From Lytechinus pictus (taxonomy: Eukaryota): a stretch of DNA of 64,000 nt. The translations under genes and the position numbers were made by a program. This document shows positions 39,621 to 52,781 of this stretch, one piece after another (position 1 is the first letter of the stretch; each line of letters starts with the position of its first letter). The stretch is taken from the NCBI RefSeq assembly GCF_037042905.1, contig NC_087263.1, forward strand, positions 9,178,001 to 9,242,000. Reading direction: 5' to 3'. The notes below the pieces were generated by a model. It was not told the origin of the DNA. It saw nothing but the letters and a program-made list of their open reading frames with translations, and made no database searches.

Positions 39621-40002
39621 AATACGAAACATCAATTCATGCAATATTTTAGTATGAAGATGAAGATGATAAAGGTGAGGGTGACGGTGATATGATGATG
39701 ATGATGTTTGAAGGACCACTTTGCTTTCATTCTCATCACAATCTCCAAAAATCGCAATTTCCAAAACCACTTGCGAAGAGCAATTTTATGGCTACGGGAT
39801 GCTCTCGGTGGGATCACAGGTTTCGCGTGAAATTTTAAAACTTCACACCATGTGTACTACTAAGGAGCAGGTCTTGCATGCACACACTATCGTACTTCCC
39901 AGCGAAGATCACTTCCTGAATACTATGATGTATTAAAAAAGAATACACACCCTCCCCCTCCCCCACAAAAAAAACACCAAGAACAACAAAATATTAAAGA
40001 AG

Positions 40003-40060
40003 ACTTACCTGTTTGATATCCATGAGAAGACAAACATGAAAAGAAAAGAAAAAAGAAATA
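40003..40060 (-). promoter_or_regulatory. Candidate recursive splice site (polypyrimidine tract ... CAG|GTAAGT)
   Basis: Minus strand reads tttcttttttcttttcttttcatgtttgtcttctcatggatatcaaacag|gtaagt, with no intervening AG. Confidence 0.55.
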
Positions 40061-41459
40061 TACTGTCAATTACTGCAATGGTTCATCGAAAAGGATAAGT
40101 AGGATCTACCAAGTTCATTTTGGATACAAAATGAACAAAGCAAAGGCAAATGTCAAAATTATCTGATAAATAATGTTAATTTTTCTGATTGATGAGTATT
40201 TTTTTATGATTGTGATTTCAGTTTAATCCATTAATCAATACAACTATTTTTTTGGTGTGGGTAAACCTGGGTGAGAACATACTTCAATTTCTCCATTTTA
40301 ACTTTCAAGGATTTAAAATAAATAGTGACCAGCCAAAATTTGATTCATTTTTAAACTAAAGGATTACAAAATCTTGAAGGATTTAGATTGAAATCTTTTA
40401 GCTTAGAAATGTTAAAAGCAAAATTTCAGTGTTAAGCTGGTTGTTCTTCACAGCCAAACAAGATATAGGCCTACTTTAAATCCTAGAAATTTTGAGTGTG
40501 CAGAAAGCCTGAATAGAATGGCCAATTAAAATGTGAAAAACATGAATGTACATCATGAAAGTAAACTAATCAAAGGAATCACTCGTAACACTTTCAGTTT
40601 CATAGTTCAAACAATAAAAAAATAAAAGAAATAGTGAGTGAAAGACATCATTGACTGTCTAATGTGCATGTCACTTAATTTTCTCCTCATTGTCAAGTAA
40701 AACAATGATTAATTCCTCCCTGAACATGTGGAATATTGTTTAAAAATATGGTTCAGTCAAGTTGATCCTTATTGTCAAATCCGCAAAAAATGAAATATTG
40801 TATAATTTTAACAATAAAAAACAAAAGAAATAGTGAGAGAGGACATCATCGACTGTCTCATTTGCATATCACTGTTTTGTGAAAAATAAGCAGAACTTTA
40901 AAATGTCATAACTTTCTTATGTTACATCCGATTTTGATGAAATTTTCAGTGTTATGCTACTTTGGTTTTTCTCTATTTATTCAATCAACATTTTTCTTCA
41001 ACTAATTTAGTTTGGTGAGACAATATTGAAAGGCATAAACTGAATATGAAATGAATGTACACTTTATAGTTAGAAAGCCCAGATAAAAAATGGCAATCTT
41101 ATCTATTCATCTAGATACAATCGGAGCTCCCATCCTAATGTAACTTTCTGTTTTGGTGCGACCGGTTCCTGGCTACTTGCTCTCCATAATTCAACCATTA
41201 ATCTCATCATTAATTAACATCAGTTCATCAACAGAACATTTATTCTTCCGCCTTCTGGCTACGCGGGTGTCCATGACATGGATAGAAAGCTCATCTCTCT
41301 CCAGAGTGTTGCCTTCAGGATGTATAAAGTGAATCGCCAATTGAAACATGTGTAAGAATTACAATATCCTCATTTTTTATTCAATGATCATTTGCTATTC
41401 AGAGGAAGACTGGAATATCTACTTGAAAGTCAGATGGTCCTAAGATACACTCTGAAAGT

Positions 41460-41715
41460 GGGGGCATTGTGGTCTAGACTCTCGTCTTTCAATCTGAGGG
41501 ACGTGGGTTTGATTCCAAACCATGGCGTATTTTCCTTAAGCAAGAAATTTAGCCACATTGTGCTGCTCTCAACCCAGGTGAGGTAAATAGGTACCGGCAA
41601 GAAGTAATTCCTCGAAAAGCTGTGCGCACCTGAATTGATAGACTAGCTTACCCGGGGTAATATATGAGCACCTAGCAAGGTGGATACATGTGCCATAAAA
41701 ATCCTATATTATTAA
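41460..41715 (+). mobile_element. tRNA-derived SINE (Glu-like head)
   Basis: Colinear with 14755-15030, including the gagcacctagcaaggtggata tail region. Confidence 0.85.
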
Positions 41716-42239
41716 TTCATTAGATTATAATAATAATAATGATAATAGCTGGGTTTTTAAAAGCACTTTTTCCCTGACGATACAAAGCCCTGGTATTATT
41801 ATCCCGGCAACCACCTTGTTGTGTACAGGTGCTCCAGAGGCATTTGTCGAGTTACTTCTTATCAGGCATGAAAAGCAAAAAATGGGTCATACAATATGGG
41901 TTACGACTGATAGAGTATTGTTAAAATTTTTGTTGCTTAAATTATCAAAACATTTGTTTAAACTCTTAAAATCAAACCATAAGTTCATAACCAAATTTCA
42001 TAAAAATACATGTTGTTTAATTTGTTTTACTGTGCTGAGACAAAAGAATCAATATTTACATTTGAAAAAGAGAGCTGCAGCTTCTACCTATGTTCCTTTA
42101 AAATTAAAATGCCTGCAACCAGAATACAATTTACAGCCCTGACTATTCAGACATTTGGGGGAGGGGAAAAGTATTTTGTCTCCGTGTTTTTTTATAAGTT
42201 CATATCCTTATTACATGACCAGTTTTCAACGATCCCTTT

Positions 42240-42450
42240 AACGGAGCTTTGTACCACTCTCCTTTCGTGTTTGCTCCGCAAGTCGAGCTCATGGATTCGT
42301 TTGACGTCATCCCGCCTACAATATTCACCGCCGTCGAGTGGCGATCACAGCCCAGCACAACCACACACAGCCAAGCTCGTCGGATTTCTCGGTAATCCTC
42401 GTTGACAAAGATGGAGATTGTATCTTTCTTTTATAAAGCTACTAGCTCCG
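42240..42450. promoter_or_regulatory. CpG-rich unique patch with a CRE and a GC box
   Basis: TGACGTCA at 42302-42309 next to CCCGCC, with many CpGs in an otherwise CpG-poor region. Confidence 0.35.
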
Positions 42451-45167
42451 GAATATCAGAATACGCAAGGATTATGTTCGCATGAAATTAAACTTAATTC
42501 AACAAAAGGACAACCCCAAGGACTTAAAAGCAAATCCCTTGGGAGTGTCCATCTAGAAAACGATTAAAAAAAATCGACCTTTTCAACAATCCTTTCACGA
42601 ATTATCAACACTGAATAGATAACAAAATTACTTTCTGTTATAAAAGATACAGGAATTACAGCTGCAAGTGTGGCATCATGATTTACAATTATTGTTTTAG
42701 AAATGGAAGTTTAATTGGCAAAATTGGACATGGTATATGCATGCATTGACATATCATGTATTTTCGCAGCTACATGTATAAATGAGATATACTAATTACC
42801 ATCATTAAGAGGCATATTGATATCAATTTACAATTATACAAGAGAATTGTTATAGAGATAGAGCTTACAAATTGGTGGAAAGTGAAATTACAAAATGCAA
42901 TATAATATCTTTTTCCACTAGAGACAATACACAAATGGAAACCATATACATGTAACAGCTGTGATTGAGATTAAATTACAGATGTAATTATTATTCATCA
43001 GAAATATTGTCTTGTTCCAACCATCAGTAATCGTCATATTACCGATAGAATTCCTGACAGGTGGGGAAAATTATTATTGAATTGAATGATTGTGGGTTTT
43101 TTTTCAAGTGCTTTTGCATTGATGACATACTCATCTACATGTAATATTATCATAAAACACACCCAACAAAGATCTGTAGTGATATGAAAAACACTACTTT
43201 GCTATAATGACCATAGAGCTAAAAAAAAAAAGAGGAAGCTAAAAAATTGTACCAGTTGACAGGATTTTTGTTGATGGGTGAGATAATCAAACAATACAAA
43301 CTTGTAACCAGTGGATATTTCATTATTATATCAACAAAATAATACTATCCAGATCAAGACTGTACAGTATTATGTATGTCTCACATTGATTTAAAGCTGT
43401 AATGATCTGCTAATCAAAAAGCTTGAAGTTGTCATATTGCTGTAGATACTATAATCATCTTACCGACAGTGTCTTTTTTATTACTTTTCATTAAAGTAAA
43501 CACACAGTAAAAATGCTTTATTCAATCTGGGATATGACTGATTATAGGGTATTAAAATTTTTAATACATACATGTAGCTGTACATGCAGAGTTTATATTT
43601 CATGATGGGCAACATACCCAATTAACGACAACTCAAGAATAAATCAATGATTTTTCCTTTCATCCAATTGACAACACATGACTGAAAAGATAAAGATGCC
43701 AAGAGCTTATTTGTAATAACAATAAATTATCGTAAAATGGCTTTATCTTTTGTTTCAAATTATCATGGATTTCATGTAAGAAAAAATATGACAAAGAGTA
43801 GAAAAAGAAAACCTCAGAGGGGAGCAGTGTTATCCTTTTCTCCATGCCATTCCATTGGCAATAAATATATACATTAATACAACTAACATCCAATTGTTTC
43901 AACTATTCTACAATAATTTTTTGTTATTGCAAAGCTTATCGTAAATTACAAAAGAGGTTTAAAATTCTTATAATACCTATAATACCAGAATGAATTCCTC
44001 AGATATGAAAAGATGAATGGCTTTTGATTGCCATACTCTCTTTTCATTAACAATATCAGCTGAGACTTTGTCAATACATTGAGCAGATTATGTAAATTAC
44101 AGATGTAATCTGAAATTCATAGCAGGCTTATCTTGATTTAGCAATTATCATATTTTAAGATGCTTTTTCAGATTGCTAGGAGGTAGACAATGTATATTAC
44201 ATATTGTAAAGGTTCTCACAGGTGACCGTGGGAGACAATTCACTCAAAATCTATATAACAAAATGTAGGATGTATATACCACAAAAAGGTTTTACATTTA
44301 TAGTTAATGTTAACTTTGGAATCTTAATTGAACAAATTCATATTCCCTGGATCCCTGGTAATTAATTCACTCTCCTGATAATAAAGGAATTTTTTATTAA
44401 AGTTCAACAAGAGTGTCGTCTAGGACGGGCGTATGAAAACATCTGATGCCATAAGGCTATAAGCCTACTTTTCTTTTTATCAACTCTGATTCAGTGCAGA
44501 TTCCAAGGATCTAATTTAGAATTTCAACATTTTCTAGCTCTTATTAAGTGAAAGGAAAAATATGAATATTTGATTGCTCAAAAAAGAGGAAATTATGCAG
44601 TCACTTGAAGACTTGGTCATGGTTTGCTGGAGAGTAGGAATCCTTTTGATATATTAATATTTCATTAGCCAAAATTAATAACGATAATGGAGAACATAAT
44701 TTATATACCAAATCAAGGAATATGCGTAAGTATGTAACATAAGCATTTTATCTGGTATGCAATTGGTAAACAAAGTATTGAATTAACCTTGCAATAAGCC
44801 CCCCCCCCCCTGGGTAAGAGATGTCACACAAATGTTTATGTATTCGTAATTTCATATGCATGCTTGTTATTAGGAGATGTATATTATTGTTGATTTTAAT
44901 TTGTTTGTGATAGTCAATAAATATTAAAAAGAACGGGAAAAAACTCTGATTTGGGAGTAGATGTTTCGTGCAAAAAAAATACCGTCGATCATTTGTTGAT
45001 AATACAGTAAGAAAATACTGTAGGAGAACAACTAAAGCAAGCCGGGGGGATAATGGCGCAGTGGTTGCTTCGTACGACTATTTGGAGTCTTGCTCTCAGA
45101 TGCATTGCTTACGTTTAGAGTAACAAACAGCAAAGCTTTAACTGCACACTCTGCCTATGATATAGGC

Positions 45168-45329
45168 TAGTCTGCAGCCACAGACCCTGATTGAAACTTT
45201 GATCAACAAGTGTGTCTCCACGCAAAGACTAGCACATACAAAACTTGCAAGAGGGCCTTCAGTACACAAGGCATGAGTAGGCTGCAATTCAGACCCTTTA
45301 CTCGAGTGAAGGGTTTGCCCAGCAGACTA
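45168..45329 (+). mobile_element. Short element with TAGTCT...AGACTA ends (Academ-like); diverged copy at about 49098-49250
   Basis: tagtctgc / gcagacta termini and shared cacagaccctga.tgaaactttgatcaacaagtg. Confidence 0.65.
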
Positions 45330-48125
45330 GGTATAGGCTACGAATGGTGGCTGAACTGAATGTCCTCCGTGTAGTTCACAACCTTTGGCACATACCCTTC
45401 ATCCCATTCAATTAATTTTGCAATAACTAACATCAATTGATGTTATGTTTCTACCAATCCCTGGTTAATCCAAGGGGAATCATAAACACATAGCTAAAAT
45501 AGACTTCAATAGATTCTAGGTAATTGTATGGGTCAAATGGAGGTGTTCATTCGATGCTATACCTCCTGAATTGGCAACTATTCATTTTACATCGTTTATA
45601 TTTATTAGTGGCGTATTTCTGCTGGTAATGATTTTATCAATACATGTACAGGTCTCACCTAAACACATATGCAATTTTCTTCTTCTATTGTACATAGCAG
45701 AATGTCTGCATCACAATTATAAATTAAGTGATTCTCAAAGATAGTCAATATCACTTAAGGGATTAGGCGAAGTCCATTGTGATACAAATTATGTTATAAT
45801 GGGTGTTGTTAACTCTGCCTCTACCCCCCCCCTCCAGAAAAATTATAATAACAATAATTAAGAAATAAAGATTGATTGATTTTGATTGATTTGATTTATT
45901 TTATTTCCACATTTCAAAACAAAAACAAAGAATATACAAGTATAATATTTTTTTCAATATTACATAATAGGCAAATATTTTTTTAAACATAATGAATAAT
46001 GCACATAAATCATTATAAAATATCAACTGTACTGTGAAATTATATCTATATATACATTTTCTTTAATTACTGAACATATATATATAGAAATGTGGGAGAC
46101 CTCCATCTTAAGCTTGGAGCTTGAAAGTGATGGAGGCCTCGAAAGGAAAGGGGATAGAAAACCAGACTGTATAGTGCAATTAAAGATACTATCTTTTATT
46201 GCACAAAATAATAGGAATATATCAAAAGTGGATAGGGAAGAGAAATTTGATTGAGAAAGAGATAAACTAGTGAATTGAATTAATATATTTATGAATTAAT
46301 AAACAAGCAAGTCAAATGCAGTGAAAATATGAAAATTATAAATTGCAAAACAAAGTTATTTTCTTATATCCTGGGTGAATAATCACACACAATCGGTAAA
46401 AATACTGAATATTTCTCTAAAACAATACTGACCTCGTATGAATGATAATTGAAAGTGTATGAACCGCTCGTCAATTAATCAAAGTTACTGACGAGTTTAT
46501 CATACAGGACAGGTAGCAGACCAGTAGGCATGTAATAGCAAAGCCATAAGACCAGTCAGACATTATTACCTCGCTAAGCAGAGAATATAATTATCAACGC
46601 TCCATGACGCTCTCGCCATTATACCACTACCATCATGGCCAATGACATTTACACATAGTGAGTATAAAGGAAACTTCACACCAATCTCATTCTTAAAAGA
46701 AAAACTTAGATTTTGCTGTTTTCCCAGAGTAATTTAAGCAGGTGATTTCTCAGAATGTTATAAGCTACTGAAATCATTGAATCTGATTGGCTAAAAGCAA
46801 ATTTGTCAGTGAAAATTGCCGACAGGGTGCACAATGAAACACTCCCTCAAACCAGTTCTAGGAACTGATTGGTATTTTTTTGAATGGCCAGGTGTGAAAG
46901 GGCCCCCATGATTATAATCACCGTCAGACACACTCACCATAATTCAGACATGGCCATGGTCAATGACACTCTTTCCATGGTAATGCGCATTCCTCAGTCT
47001 GCGGATTACAACGGATGTTGCGATAATGACAAAAAGCGGTGTTCCCATTTAGCTACCAATTTATGTCATGCAAGAATGTATCCTAACAAAAAGCATGCTG
47101 CCATGCCCCTCTTTCAGAAGCATAAAAAGCAATATTTGGTGACATTATTACATGTAGCTCCTTATGAAATAATGATGGATATATTTGATATATAATGCAT
47201 GGATAAGATTAATACATTCAATGCTTGAACATCAATCTTGCGAATATATTATCTTCAGAATCCAGCCAGAAAGAATTCATAAATTATTTAATATTTGCCC
47301 ATTTGAAGAAAAAACACAAGAAAATTGTTATCAATGCTAACTAATATGAGCTCCTGTTATATAAGCTCCTGAAGTCCTGCATTTTTGATTGACCATAAGC
47401 AAATTTGTTACATATTTCTAACATTTATTATTGATAATAGGTGATGAAAAAATGGTACTAGGAGCCCATAACACAAAGCTTAGCAATCAATTTAGAACAT
47501 TTTTTTACAGTTGATTGCATTGATTACAATGTACAATAAATCGTCAAAGTCAAGCGTAAGATCAATCACTAGCCTTTGTGTTACAGAACCTACATGCATA
47601 GAAGTGTTTTCACATCTAACATAGATACCGATAGCAATGAGTGTCCACTTCCAGTCATGACAGTGAATAAACTTCAAAGTACATTAAGCGGACCATTCTG
47701 CCGTACTTTGGCAAAAGGAAGCAAGTTACAATAGTACAATTTGTTGTAAATGAGCAATGTGTGTTCATCATTTACATAGGCATCAATGCAATTTAGCAGC
47801 ATATTTTCTTCAATATCTTTCCATAGAACTATCATTTCTTCCCCAAATTTTGCCTGAACATGCAACATACAAAGGGTGTTTCAGAAACAACAATAACTCA
47901 AATTTGACTGATGTGTCACTTGCTTCCTTTTGCCAAAGTTAGGCAGAATTAGCCTCCCCCCCCCCCAACATGATTGTTCATCAAAAAGAGACATTTGGAT
48001 TTTGTACAGACATGTCAGGCAATCATTGAAGTTGTGTGAATAAACAGATAGATGTGCTAAACAATCATGATAGGAGTACTGTTCTGATTTATTATCTACT
48101 GTACACCATAATGTGTCAATATATT

Positions 48126-48308
48126 CAGGGGTGTGAATGGTCACAAATAAAAAGATCTGAAAAAATGTGAAGTGTTAAAAAAGTCTGAAATAGAAAAAGC
48201 TCCCATACTTTTTGTACAGAGGAAAGCCAAAAATATGCTGAAATCAAGCTGAAAATTAAAACAAAAAAATCCTGAAATCAGCTACAAATCTGAACTCTCA
48301 CACCCCTG
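48126..48308 (+). mobile_element. hAT-like MITE with 6-bp TSD
   Basis: TIR CAGGGGTGTGA and TSD TATATT; paralog of 3508-3672. Confidence 0.85.
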
Positions 48309-48816
48309 TATATTGTAAAGTATGTAAAGTATCTTCATATCTAATGAAGAAAGCTTTAAGTAGAGCAACATTTGCAAAGTCATATAACCCCTACCCCTGT
48401 TCATTTCATGATGGATTTTTTTAGTGATTAGAACTGAAAAGTGAAAAATGCCCTTACTAACACACATAAGGACATTACATAAGGGCATTTCTACATGGAT
48501 GGGATGCTTGAAAATGTTTTGCCAAGGGCGTTCTTGCACCAACACAACAATTTATCAAATTAATTGCAAACGTGTGAGTATGCAGTGTTAAATTTGAACT
48601 ATGATTTTGAAGTCATGATACTCATTTGTAAAACGCACATGTACTTTCATATCTGTTTTACACATATTTTATTAAGAGCAGTAGATAAGCAATGCCTCTT
48701 ATACTGCTTCCCTGCTAAACAATAATATGTTGGTATTCTAACCAATTACTGCACCTGTTACAAGCAAGAGGAGGAGGTACAAAATACTGACCTAAAGATC
48801 TATATTGGTATCTTAC

Positions 48817-48828
48817 CCATTCCTTTGT
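48817..48828 (-). CDS. Candidate 12-nt microexon ACAAAGGAATGG
   Basis: tttgtag|ACAAAGGAATGG|gtaaga; length is a multiple of 3 and there is no internal stop. Confidence 0.3.
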
Positions 48829-50353
48829 CTACAAATTATACAAATAGTCCACGCTCAAGCATTCAATATTATACAATATTGCCCACTCATAGGGGTAATA
48901 GTAAACACATTCCGATACATATTTTTCTCCTCACTTTTATCAAGATGACATGTATTGTTAGGCCCGAATCAGAACATTGAAATCTGTCCGATTCGATCTG
49001 TTTCTGGTATTCGTGTTCTGCTTTCCGCTGTTCTAACAAAATTAGTGACAGTATTCATTTATCTGAGAGTATAATATTTGGTAATCAATATGTGGGAATA
49101 GCCGGCAGGCACAGACCCTGACTGAAACTTTGATCAACAAGTGGGTCTTCACACAAGACTAGAAACTTGCAATTGGGACTTCAGTACCCAAGTCATTGTA
49201 GGCTACGCATTCAGACCAATTAACGCTAGTGAAGGGTTTGCACAACAGAGGAAGTCGGGAACATAAAAATTCTTGATTCATCATGTTTTTAATTTATTTG
49301 CACTTAAATTTCTGACAGTGATCTATTGCAATTCTGCTTTCAGACCAGTAAGGCACCACAAGAGTCCGAAAAGAAAAAAAAGTTTTCAACATGACTCAGC
49401 CCTCCTGACTTCAAAAAAAGGGATCAAAATCTCTCTCTTTCTCTCTTAACAGACAATGTCCTTTATACGATAATACCTGGATGAATTTGCATCAAACAAT
49501 TTGTATCATTTCAATTCACATCTATACTGGTACTGAAGTTTGAAGTACATGTACATGTACATGAATCTTCTTTCCATAATTGAAAATCAGGTTGGGTTCA
49601 CTTTGTGATGATCAGTTAGGGATTTCCCCAAAATAGTTTTTTAATAGCAGATGCTTGAATCAAGTGCAAATACAACGCAGATTTTTGCAATAATGGCAAA
49701 AAAAATATATTGAGAATTCTGGGTTATTGGGTGATCTACATTCATGATCCACTGTCTGCTACTGCTGTGTATGTGTACGAATCGTGGCGAGACTAATGAA
49801 AAAAAATATTTGAAATTCATTGATGTACATGTGTATTTCTCAGCTTTTATAGTAAAGATTCTCAATATGTCTGTCTGTGTAATAATACCAGCCTTTCATT
49901 GAACTGTATTAATGGCATTCATGCATTTTATTATAGAGTACCGTTTGGTGTTTTGAGATCATTGTCTATCATTTGGTTTCAGACTGGTATACATGTAGTT
50001 TTTATTAAACAACTAATCCATTCACTTTTAAGCATTTGAATTTCATGCTATTGTGATTTCTTACCCTGTCGGAGCCCTGCACATGGCACGGTATGAGGCA
50101 AACATTATCTTTGAATTCATTATGGAAAGCCAAATGGGTTTCTCCACCCTTTTAAAACAACCAAATTGTGTGCAGATATTCATCAACCTATTAATTCTGT
50201 TACCATTTCTAAGACAAAGCACATTCATTGTCAGTAAAAATTTAATGAAATCAATTGAAACACTCGCTCTATAAACTTAGAGTGAAATTTAGGGCCGACA
50301 TTTCAAAGCTTCTTATTGCAGTATGACTCTTACATGGCATTTTGGAAGATTGG

Positions 50354-50629
50354 AATAATATAAATAATAATGATAATAATCACATTATGATTATAATGAC
50401 TCTATGCGCTTCCAAACTTTGATATTATTACCCCTGCTTTAGCTGGAAGGCCGTAATTACTTACTAACGCATTTGAAGGAATTAATTCCTACCTGGACCT
50501 CACCTGGGTCGAGTGCAGAACAATATGGATAAATTTCTTGCTGAAAGGAAACTACGCCATGGCTGGGATTTGAACCCACAACCCTCTGTTTCAAAGTCCG
50601 AAGACTAATCCACTGGGCCACAACGCTTC
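50354..50629 (-). mobile_element. tRNA-derived SINE (Gln-like head)
   Basis: Colinear with 38720-39031. Confidence 0.85.
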
Positions 50630-50685
50630 ACACTTTATAACATAATTAAAATAATACAATAATGCATCTGTTCTTCATAACCCAC

Positions 50686-50753
50686 CAGGAACCATTGACT
50701 ACCTTTGACAAAATAAACTTCTCCCGTTTCAGCCCTTCCCTCACGGTCACCAT
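50686..50753 (-). CDS. Candidate alternative first coding exon (MVTVREGLKREKFILSK...)
   Basis: ATG in CAAAATGG context, with a CpG-rich patch at 50855-50950 upstream. Possible donors TG|GTGGGT (50686) or AAG|GTAGTC (50703). Confidence 0.35.
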
Positions 50754-51124
50754 TTTGTACATTGCAGATGGTAACTCGATTGCTATATGCAAAGTAGAGA
50801 GAGAAAAGAAGCGAGATAGAATATATCCCTTTATCTTCGGTTTGATTTTGGTTTGAGTGTCGCTCGCATGGCTGCGCACTTATTCAAGGTATCCGTGACG
50901 ACGCACAGCACAGCCGGAGCTAAAGTGACAATTTGCGGTCAAGTTGCTCGACCATATAGGTATTGGGTAACAAAGTAAGAGAAGAAAAGGTTTTTTGCCC
51001 AGCCCCACACACTGCATTTTGAAAGTGTGCTTATGATAAACAAGAGGTCTACTTCAGTCCCACCTCATGACTTTTGTGTAATGCTTCAAATTCAAGAATT
51101 CTACTAAATTCTGTATCTCCTTGA

Positions 51125-51840
51125 GATCCTTCTTCAGCTTATTTTTCTATTTTCTCCTCCTTTCCTTTTCTATCTCCAACTTCTCGTCTTTTTTCTTCTT
51201 CTCAGTATCGTCTTTTAAATCCTACCATCGGATTATCCTTCCTTTTTTTTTTAAATCTCTTCAATCTCTATATTTTCCCCTTCTCTTTTTGTTTCCTTTT
51301 TTTATTACCATCCCCTTCTCCTCTTTCTTTAGCTCCTTCTAGTTATCTTCCTTTCAAACCTTCTCACATCCCTTTCAGTCAGTTTCTTTCCATCTTCTCA
51401 TCTCTATCTTTGCTCCTGTTTTCTTCTCTTTCTTCTCCTCTACTAATGTCTTCGTGTCACATCCTTCATCCCCCTTTCTTCTTCTTCTCCTCCTCTTTCT
51501 TTCACTCCTAAATATCTTCCTTTCAATCATTCTCATTAACTGTCTTGCCATCTCCATCTCTGTCTTTGCACCTTTCTTGCTCTCTTTGATTTCTATTCTT
51601 CTTTTCCTCCTTCTATTGTCTCCTACTTGTTCTCTTCCTTTCTATACTTCTCTTGGCACTTCTTCACTTTCTTTTCATCTCCATCTTTACCCTTTTCTTC
51701 TTTGTCTTCTTCTCTTCAGCTCCTCTTACTTCCACTCCTTCTCCTTTTATACTAGTATCTCCTAAGATTTTGCATTCTATCTAAACCTGTCTCCTTCATC
51801 CTAATCTCACCCCCCTACGCCATTCTACCTTTTCTTTTTT
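51125..51840. repeat. Polypyrimidine (CT-rich) low-complexity tract of about 700 bp
   Basis: Direct inspection. Confidence 0.9.
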
Positions 51841-52093
51841 AGTATTACAGATGTATGAAATAATACAAAAGGGTGCAAAAATCACTTTAATATGCAGTAT
51901 CCAAGCCTCACTGCTGTAATTCACAGGAATGCAGGGATTGGATTATTGGAGTGGTTTAAGAATTATAAAGTATAAACTAATAATAAAATACAATAAATAA
52001 TAAAAGACTTTTAAAATTTAAAGAAAAATAATGTGTAGAAGCAGATAATTGGAAGTGCCTTCGAGATTTTTACATCTAAATTTTATGTACCAA

Positions 52094-52218
52094 CTGGGTT
52101 TAGTGCAGCACAATGTGGGTAATTTTTTTGCTGAAGGAAAACACACCATGGCTGGGATTCGAACCCCCGTCCCTCTGATTGAAAGACGAGAGTCGTAACC
52201 ACTAGACCACAACGCCCC
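52094..52218 (-). mobile_element. SINE 5' half (Glu-like tRNA head)
   Basis: Minus strand reads ggggcgttgtggtctagtggttacgactctcgtctttcaatcagagggacgggggttcgaatcccagcc. Confidence 0.85.
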
Positions 52219-52287
52219 TTAACTTGAAAAGAACCTGGAGCTCACGTTAGTATATCCAACAGAAGGCAAAACCTTGAATTATTTTAA

Positions 52288-52680
52288 AGCTAAATGAACG
52301 TAGTTGCAGTAAAACACTGATTTCGTGAGAAAGTCTGTAAAACCAAGGTAAAGTATTGATATATCATCGTGGATCTAGATCTGGTACAGTTACATAAACT
52401 GAACTTTGTGAAATCATAATATCTAGCTAAATAACGATCACACTGAAGATCGCTAACACAGATAGGCACACGTGGGACAGTGTATTATTATTGCTGGAAT
52501 AAAGCCCCAACGGAAGTGACCGAATCCACGCTTATTTTGCTTATTTCTCAGCAATTACGCAATTTCTTCCGGAATCCTTTGGCACATATTTTTTATTCAT
52601 ACAAACAGACACTTTGGTGATCATTATATTAAATTATGTAAAAAGTCATTTTGAGATCGTCCCCACACTGCAATCTATCT
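52288..52680 (-). mobile_element. Kolobok-like MITE family B
   Basis: Reverse complement of 22646-23040; TTAA at the left junction. Confidence 0.85.
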
Positions 52681-52735
52681 TTGAGATCAGACCTGAAACA
52701 TCTTCAGAAAGCCTCTCCCCCTATGCATCACTTAC

Positions 52736-52781
52736 TGCGTAGTCTTATGGAAGTTGACGGGGCGTATGAGAGGTTTATCAC
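52736..52781 (-). CDS. Candidate 46-nt internal exon (DKPLIRPVNFHKTT), or a UTR exon
   Basis: TTTTCAG acceptor and GCA|GTAAGT donor around GC-richer unique sequence between two MITEs; open in the phase 1 to phase 2 frame. Confidence 0.3.

Noticed and set aside
46426..46445. GAG|GTCAGT (and TAG|GTCAGT at about 48790) as recursive splice sites
   Set aside because: A GAG acceptor is rare. The 48790 site has a nearby upstream AG and no polypyrimidine tract.
46564..46595. 4-nt microexon tctctgcttag|CGAG|gtaata
   Set aside because: Frame-shifting length and weak donor; could be chance.
51121..51765. Hydrophobic Phe/Leu/Ser ORFs resembling membrane proteins
   Set aside because: Translation of a CT-rich low-complexity tract.
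52140..52218. tRNA-Glu-like or tRNA-Gln-like sequences as tRNA genes
   Set aside because: No proper acceptor stem, and they run directly into the SINE core, so they are SINE heads.
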